Origin: Octopus bimaculoides
Lineage: Eukaryota
Reading direction: 5' to 3'
NCBI RefSeq assembly: GCF_001194135.2
Contig: NC_069005.1
Location: 1,164,478-1,228,477, forward strand
DNA length: 64,000 nucleotides
The position numbers and the translations under genes were made by a program. Below are positions 61,601-64,000 of the stretch, one piece after another (the stretch's first letter is position 1; the number at the start of each line of letters is the position of its first letter). Under the pieces are notes generated by a model, which ran no database searches, was not told the DNA's origin, and saw only the letters and a list, made by a program, of their open reading frames with translations.

Positions 61601-63612
61601 TATCTCTACATAGTGTTATGGATGAAGTACGTCACTCTATTTGATTTAGAATTATTTTCCATTTGAGTGATATATCTCAATGGACTTGGGACAGTTGTTT
61701 TTTGAGACAGCTTTTGTCATCTCAGTTTTGACAAAACCAAAACATGGCGTTTGCAGTTGATTGCTTCATCATCATCATCATCATCATTTAACGTCCATGT
61801 TCCATGCTAGCATGGGTGGTACAGTACCACAAGAGCCGACCAGGCAGAAGCCTGCACCAGACTTCTGTGGCTGTTTTGGCAGGATTTTTACAGCTAGATG
61901 CCCTTCCTAACACCAACCACTCAGCAGAGTGGACTTAGTGCTTTTTATGTGGCACCTGCACTGACAGGGTCACCAAGTACTTGTAAGACAAAAAAACTTT
62001 TAAGAGGGGAGGAGGCATAGGGAGAGGTGATGATGAAAAGGTTATAGTGAGACAGATACAGGTGTCTTGCTGAAGAGGAAGTAGAAGGTTACCTGGCCAG
62101 AGAGAGAAAGATCAGGAACGAAAACAAACAGGTGTGCTGCTGCAAAGAAAATACACAGCAGCCCAACCTGAGGGAAGTGCAGGAGAAGGAGAGAGAGAGA
62201 GAGAGAGAGAGAGTGGGAGACCAGGGTTTTAGAATATTTCATGTAACTAATTTTGGTGGTTGAAAAGTAAAATTATAAACATTACATATGACCTAACTAT
62301 GCTGTAAAAACTCCCTATGTTTTGTTTATGGTGTGTGTGTGTGTGTATGTGCTCATGTGCAACTCCAGAATCTGTTTGCTGCACAACTAAAAAAAACTCG
62401 ATGCAATGTTTTTTGCATTGTTTAATATTCTGAATTGCTGAACTAATTTTGCCTTTTGTTGCTCTGACTCAATAAAGCAACTATAGGAGAGTTAATTAAA
62501 TTAAGTATGGCCTGTTCTAAAAATTGCTATTTCAATCAAAGCTATTAATTAGCATAAAGTTGGCAGAACACAGTGCAGCACTGAACCGAATTCCTTGCAG
62601 TAATTGGTTCCATCCAGTTACCTCCCTCTGCGTTCTGTGTTCACATTCTGCCAGGGTCAGCATGGCTTTGTATCCCTTTAGGGTACTAAAATAAGTACCA
62701 GTTGTTTGCTGGGGTGAAAGTAACACTCTATACATAGTTAAAGGAAGTTAATACTGTATATATAAAAAAAAAATTTTTTTTAAACTTTCAAATTAAATTG
62801 AAAAAAAAGAAATTGATATTTCAGAATAAATCCAACACATTTTAATGCCTGAAACTACGAATGTATTGACATTGTTCTCTAATTGAAATCTCATTTTATG
62901 TTTTAACAACAGGATATACATGATGGTCTTTGCTTTGTGTGCCAAAAAGCTGGCCGATTATTGATCTGTGATGGCTGTGGTATGGCATATCACCCTACTT
63001 GTTTAGAACCTCCTGTTGCTACTTTTCCTAATGGTCCTTGGAGGTGTTACAAATGTCAGGTATAAATTGGTTTTTGTTCTTTGTTTTTATATATATATAT
63101 ATATATATACACATATATACATCAAATATTGATGATAATTTCTCTGGTTTTAGTGTCCAAAGATAAAAAAAAAGTGCTGGATTAGCAAAAGCACACAAAT
63201 CCGTGGACGGATCTCCAACTTTGACAATGAGGATTCAGCTGTTTGGATCAACTGAATTTTTGGCTCATTATCTTTGTCTTGATTTTAAATGATCACTCCT
63301 CAAGTAATCATATATTTGTGGAAAATTATCTTTGGATATTATCTTCATTAAAATTTCTTATTTGCCACTTTTTTAGCTTTAAACAGTTTGATTAACATTA
63401 ACCACAGAGTTTATGTCAGCACTTCATTGCTGCAGAGGTAATTTTCTAGTTGCTCCCTGGATAGAATATGCTACAGTTTCACTTTTGATGTATGTGTGCC
63501 ATCAAATCCCTTCATATTATGTAAAAATATGTCTAATTACAGAATGAAAAGAACTCAACAGGTGGGTCAGTGACGTTGGATATAGTACACAATTATATCA
63601 TCAATAAAACTG
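18398..63612 (+). CDS. PHF21A: PHF21A/BHC80-like PHD finger protein, 12 coding exons in window, 3' incomplete
   Basis: The spliced product runs [21 protein letters not shown]|[11 protein letters not shown]|[22 protein letters not shown]|[12 protein letters not shown]... through [43 protein letters not shown] and the PHD finger to [13 protein letters not shown]. It is colinear with recalled human PHF21A ([62 protein letters not shown]..., [38 protein letters not shown]). All introns are GT-AG with matching phases. It is probably pro-orthologous to both PHF21A and PHF21B. Confidence 0.93.
19990..20750 (+). repeat. Three tandem diverged copies of an approximately 200-nt dispersed repeat in intron 1
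   Basis: Shared blocks agccccaggtcagccctgat / cctatgatcaaa..gttcca / aagacgg...gatttg / gctatttctagcaggtc / aggct..ctcgttggctcg. Other copies near 965, 15496-15680, 38445-38655 and 36625-36670 (minus). Confidence 0.65.
21730..21762 (+). CDS. PHF21A: PHF21-like exon 2, 33-nt microexon ([11 protein letters not shown])
   Basis: Acceptor tttctccgccacttgctag|, donor CAG|gtaaac, phase 0-0; matches human [11 protein letters not shown] in length and sequence. Confidence 0.9.
23199..23264 (+). CDS. PHF21A: PHF21-like exon 3 ([22 protein letters not shown])
   Basis: Acceptor tgctctgtttcag|, donor CAG|gtaagt, 66 nt; matches human [22 protein letters not shown]. Confidence 0.93.
24437..24728 (+). mobile_element. 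HERO-like (RLE-bearing non-LTR retrotransposon) 3' remnant
   Basis: Broken translation [27 protein letters not shown]...[12 protein letters not shown]...AS**LWIR resembles the restriction-like endonuclease tail of HERO elements (RPDIVLVSE.SKQVVLLELTVPWE...RCEPIEVGCRGF...ASRWLWI); stops and frameshifts present. Confidence 0.65.
24730..25140 (-). mobile_element. V-like/RTE-tail SINE, long form
   Basis: Same family plus the internal module cacaactacgatttcacttggcttga; interrupted by a 10-N gap. Confidence 0.7.
25258..25650 (+). mobile_element. CORE-type SINE with alternative 3' end (OR2-like)
   Basis: ggcatgactgtgttctaagaaacttgcttccc head, gcaccttgggcaagtgtcttct CORE-like block, tail ccataacttagcggtttggcaaaagagactgatagaataagtacc...gaaacaagtaaaagata. 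Confidence 0.75.
25665..25960 (+). mobile_element. RTE LINE 3' fragment
   Basis: Similar to the other RTE copies (gaactgggcatgagaagcatcagatgt...gaagagggagacccagaaaaaga). Confidence 0.55.
28145..29330 (-). mobile_element. Decayed RTE-clade LINE, RT C-terminal half
   Basis: Minus-strand pieces [60 protein letters not shown] and [12 protein letters not shown] correspond to RTE RT motifs; many stops and frameshifts. Confidence 0.8.
29365..29770 (+). mobile_element. Composite SINE copy
   Basis: catggctatgtggttaagaag head, ctgaagaagcttg, ggaaacaggtgagggttggcagcaggaagagcac, tail ttaaattgatgacgacgatgat. Confidence 0.65.
29843..30065 (-). mobile_element. Composite SINE 3' half
   Basis: catcattttaatgtccacttttc...gatgtcaagacaaggacacac matches 481-720. 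Confidence 0.7.
30375..30575 (+). mobile_element. Helitron PIF1-helicase relic
   Basis: [15 protein letters not shown] (Walker A, cf. FLDAPGGTGKTF), ASSG and [13 protein letters not shown] (cf. GRTAHS.LKLPLNL) occur in order across frameshifts. Confidence 0.72.
31545..31910 (+). mobile_element. Second copy of the CORE-type SINE
   Basis: Colinear with 25258-25650. Confidence 0.75.
33425..33810 (-). mobile_element. Composite SINE copy
   Basis: (CAT)n, ttttaatgtccacttttcc, ggatgtcctttc, then cttctttcaattttt...aaggctttggtt (CORE-side reverse complement). Confidence 0.7.
40835..41100 (-). mobile_element. V-like/RTE-tail SINE, long form
   Basis: catccgttttccatgctgacatg...gatgcccttcctagcgccaacc...cacaactacgatctcacttggcttgac. 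Confidence 0.7.
41935..42125 (-). mobile_element. Penelope-like element terminal repeat remnant
   Basis: CpG-rich young-looking insert flanked by (TA)n and carrying the hammerhead-like motif typical of PLE terminal repeats. Confidence 0.5.
42027..42063 (-). ncRNA. Minimal type I hammerhead ribozyme-like motif (Penelope-type), core variant CUGUUGA
   Basis: Minus strand reads TCTTT-CTGTTGA-A-GAGC-GTA-GCTC-GAAAC-GTT-AAAGA: 5-bp stem I, 4-bp stem II, loopless palindromic AC/GT stem III, cleavage triplet GUU. Confidence 0.6.
42161..42371. mobile_element. Tigger/pogo-like MITE
   Basis: Termini TA|CTGTAATCCCTCA ... TGAGGGATTACACTG|TA form imperfect terminal inverted repeats with TA flanks; about 210 nt, non-coding. 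Confidence 0.6.
42850..43620 (-). mobile_element. Possible highly decayed Gypsy RT/RNase H relic
   Basis: Weak motifs [23 protein letters not shown] and FTIHKP on the minus strand in the expected order. Confidence 0.3.
44150..44720 (+). mobile_element. Jockey/CR1-group LINE 3' remnant
   Basis: Translates [23 protein letters not shown] and [11 protein letters not shown], matching post-RT motifs (LYK..IRP.MEYCSH.W.G; YY.G.CSSEL) of these LINEs. Confidence 0.6.
44790..45130 (+). mobile_element. RTE LINE 3' fragment
   Basis: gtgaaagacagattgtacaatgcttgt...ggaagatggagtccaaggaaga matches the RTE C-terminal region seen at 28145-28700. Confidence 0.6.
45240..45640 (-). mobile_element. V-like/RTE-tail SINE, long form
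   Basis: Same family as 24730-25140. Confidence 0.7.
46080..46680. mobile_element. Two RTE 3' fragments back-to-back in opposite orientation
   Basis: Minus strand gives ...[12 protein letters not shown]...; plus strand gives ...[25 protein letters not shown]...; junction near 46380. Confidence 0.7.
46690..46888 (+). mobile_element. V-like/RTE-tail SINE
   Basis: aaaagcacccagtacactctggaatggttggcgatgggaagggcatccagctatag...aaacgaacgttaaatgatgac. Confidence 0.72.
49149..49230. repeat. 82-nt hairpin (inverted repeat)
   Basis: Perfect 16-bp arms ttaatatttagcagaa / ttctgctaaatattaa, plus inner agtgact/agtcact and aaggt/acctt pairings. Confidence 0.85.
52503..52595 (+). CDS. PHF21A: PHF21-like exon 4 ([31 protein letters not shown])
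   Basis: Acceptor ttctttttacag|, donor |gtaagt, 93 nt, phase 0-0; start matches human [15 protein letters not shown]. Confidence 0.9.
52735..52970 (-). mobile_element. Composite SINE 3' half in intron 4
   Basis: ttccatgcttgc...ggattcctttcctgtcacaaaccc...gtaatatttccccatggccagacat...gatgtcaa. Confidence 0.7.
53510..54172 (+). CDS. PHF21A: PHF21-like exon 5, Gln/Pro/Ser/His-rich low-complexity region (221 aa)
   Basis: Acceptor ctttcttctctttctag|, donor CAG|gtaact, 663 nt open and in phase 0-0; same frame as ORF 53585..54253. Confidence 0.85.
54820..55190 (-). mobile_element. V-like/RTE-tail SINE with 5' extension
   Basis: catcatttagcatctgttctccat...gggtgcccttcctaatgccaacc; the extension (actgaagtatgatagggtgacagg) is shared with 34990-35140 and 62000-62100. 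Confidence 0.62.
55730..56290 (-). mobile_element. RTE LINE 3' fragment
   Basis: Reverse complement contains gtgaaaggcagagtgtatgatgctcgtgtac and gtatggccatgagatgatg...ggaaggaacctgaggaagga, typical of RTE tails. Confidence 0.65.
56430..56850 (+). mobile_element. Composite SINE copy in intron 5
   Basis: catggttgggtggttaagaagtttgcttc head, tcttctactatagccc, gaaactgaaagaagcc, gacccattgcaaatatggga tail. Confidence 0.65.
57084..57233 (+). CDS. PHF21A: PHF21-like exon 6 (NKNQMAPP...KSSQNMLR)
   Basis: Long poly-T tract plus gtacag| acceptor, donor |gtaagt, 150 nt open frame, phase 0-0. No recognisable homology, so supported by splice signals and phase only. Confidence 0.78.
58023..58074 (+). CDS. 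PHF21A: PHF21-like exon 7 ([18 protein letters not shown])
   Basis: Acceptor ttcttctatttccag|, donor AAG|gttggt, 52 nt, phase 0-1; matches human [18 protein letters not shown]. Confidence 0.92.
59319..59395 (+). CDS. PHF21A: PHF21-like exon 8 ([26 protein letters not shown]), basic NLS-like block
   Basis: Acceptor aatctttccccag|, donor |gtaagt, 77 nt, phase 1-0; matches human [20 protein letters not shown]. Confidence 0.95.
59530..59705 (+). mobile_element. V-like/RTE-tail SINE in intron 8
   Basis: ttggcactaagaagggcattg...cccaacccataccagcctagaagctggacattaaatgatgatgatgat. Confidence 0.68.
60699..60759 (+). CDS. PHF21A: PHF21-like exon 9 ([21 protein letters not shown])
   Basis: Acceptor ttttcttctcttgtag|, donor GAG|gtacgg, 61 nt, phase 0-1; matches human [21 protein letters not shown]. 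Confidence 0.9.
61441..61550 (+). CDS. PHF21A: PHF21-like exon 10 ([22 protein letters not shown]...NGSSD), completes AT-hook
   Basis: Acceptor atatttacag|, donor |gtaagt, 110 nt, phase 1-0; with exon 9 it gives the AT-hook KRPRGRPPK. Confidence 0.92.
61765..62100 (-). mobile_element. V-like/RTE-tail SINE in intron 10
   Basis: (CAT)n-ttaacgtccatgttccatgctagcatggg...gatgcccttcctaacaccaaccactc. Confidence 0.72.
62913..63059 (+). CDS. PHF21A: PHF21-like exon 11, PHD finger ([49 protein letters not shown])
   Basis: Acceptor ttttaacaacag|, donor CAG|gtataa, 147 nt; intact Cys4-His-Cys3 zinc ligands and the conserved Trp; aligns ungapped with human [49 protein letters not shown]. Confidence 0.96.
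63543..63612 (+). CDS. PHF21A: PHF21-like exon 12 ([23 protein letters not shown]-)
   Basis: Acceptor ctaattacag|, donor CTG|gtgagt, 70 nt, phase 0-1; matches human [14 protein letters not shown]. Further exons lie beyond the window. Confidence 0.9.
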
Positions 63613-64000
63613 GTGAGTATTGATTTCTATCTTCTGGTATTTATTGGGGGGAGGGGGGAGAGTTTTATGATAAGGATGAGCTTATTGCATACAGGGCTCA
63701 GCTGCATTGTAACACATCAGAAAAGGTTAAAAGAGGGCCAACAGATTAGTCAAGTAAAGAAGGACTACAATGAAAGCTAGAAATACAAGTAGAGTACACA
63801 AAATGAAACACAGAAAGATAGAAAAGTGAATTAAAAGAGTCACAGGCTGCTGAATGTATTGAAGACCAAAATTGTGTTGTCTAGTGAACTGCTGCTTGTT
63901 GCAGTGTCGGACTGCTCATGAAAGGGTCTGTGAATAATATCCCATCAACAACACTATTTTCTACAGCTGGATCCCCTCCGTGTCACCACCCTTCACCTGT

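Noticed and set aside
1-64000. CRISPR arrays, operons, rRNA or other prokaryotic systems
   Set aside because: The window is spliced eukaryotic DNA; its regular repeats are microsatellites and dispersed TEs, not repeat-spacer arrays.

Overview
AT-rich eukaryotic genomic DNA, dense in microsatellites, with about ten N-gaps from a short-read assembly. The SINE and RTE repeat families look like an octopus genome, which is an inference from recalled repeat families. One gene dominates: a + strand PHF21A/BHC80-like PHD-finger gene. I reconstructed 12 coding exons by hand, all with GT-AG boundaries and consistent phases: 18398-18460, 21730-21762, 23199-23264, 52503-52595, 53510-54172, 57084-57233, 58023-58074, 59319-59395, 60699-60759, 61441-61550, 62913-63059 and 63543-63612. 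They total 1585 nt (528 codons plus 1 nt), and the gene continues past the window end. The protein has an N-terminal coiled coil, a long Gln/Pro/Ser low-complexity insert, the conserved basic block, an AT-hook and a C4HC3 PHD finger. Most of these exons are missing from the ORF track, whose entries are nearly all spurious. The rest of the window is SINEs (tRNA/CORE/V-like modules), decayed LINEs (RTE, Jockey/CR1-group, HERO-like), a Helitron helicase relic, MITEs and simple repeats. Main leads: (1) the PHD finger has Gly where the H3K4me0-reading Asp should be; (2) a minimal Penelope-type hammerhead ribozyme variant lies in intron 3; (3) inverted SINE pairs flank frame-neutral exon blocks, including the AT-hook exons; (4) CpG-retaining islands in the 29 kb intron 3 may hide internal promoters or exons; (5) an 82-nt intronic hairpin. 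Exon coordinates were counted exactly; repeat boundaries are approximate (tens of nt). No prokaryotic features, rRNA, tRNA genes or CRISPR arrays were seen.
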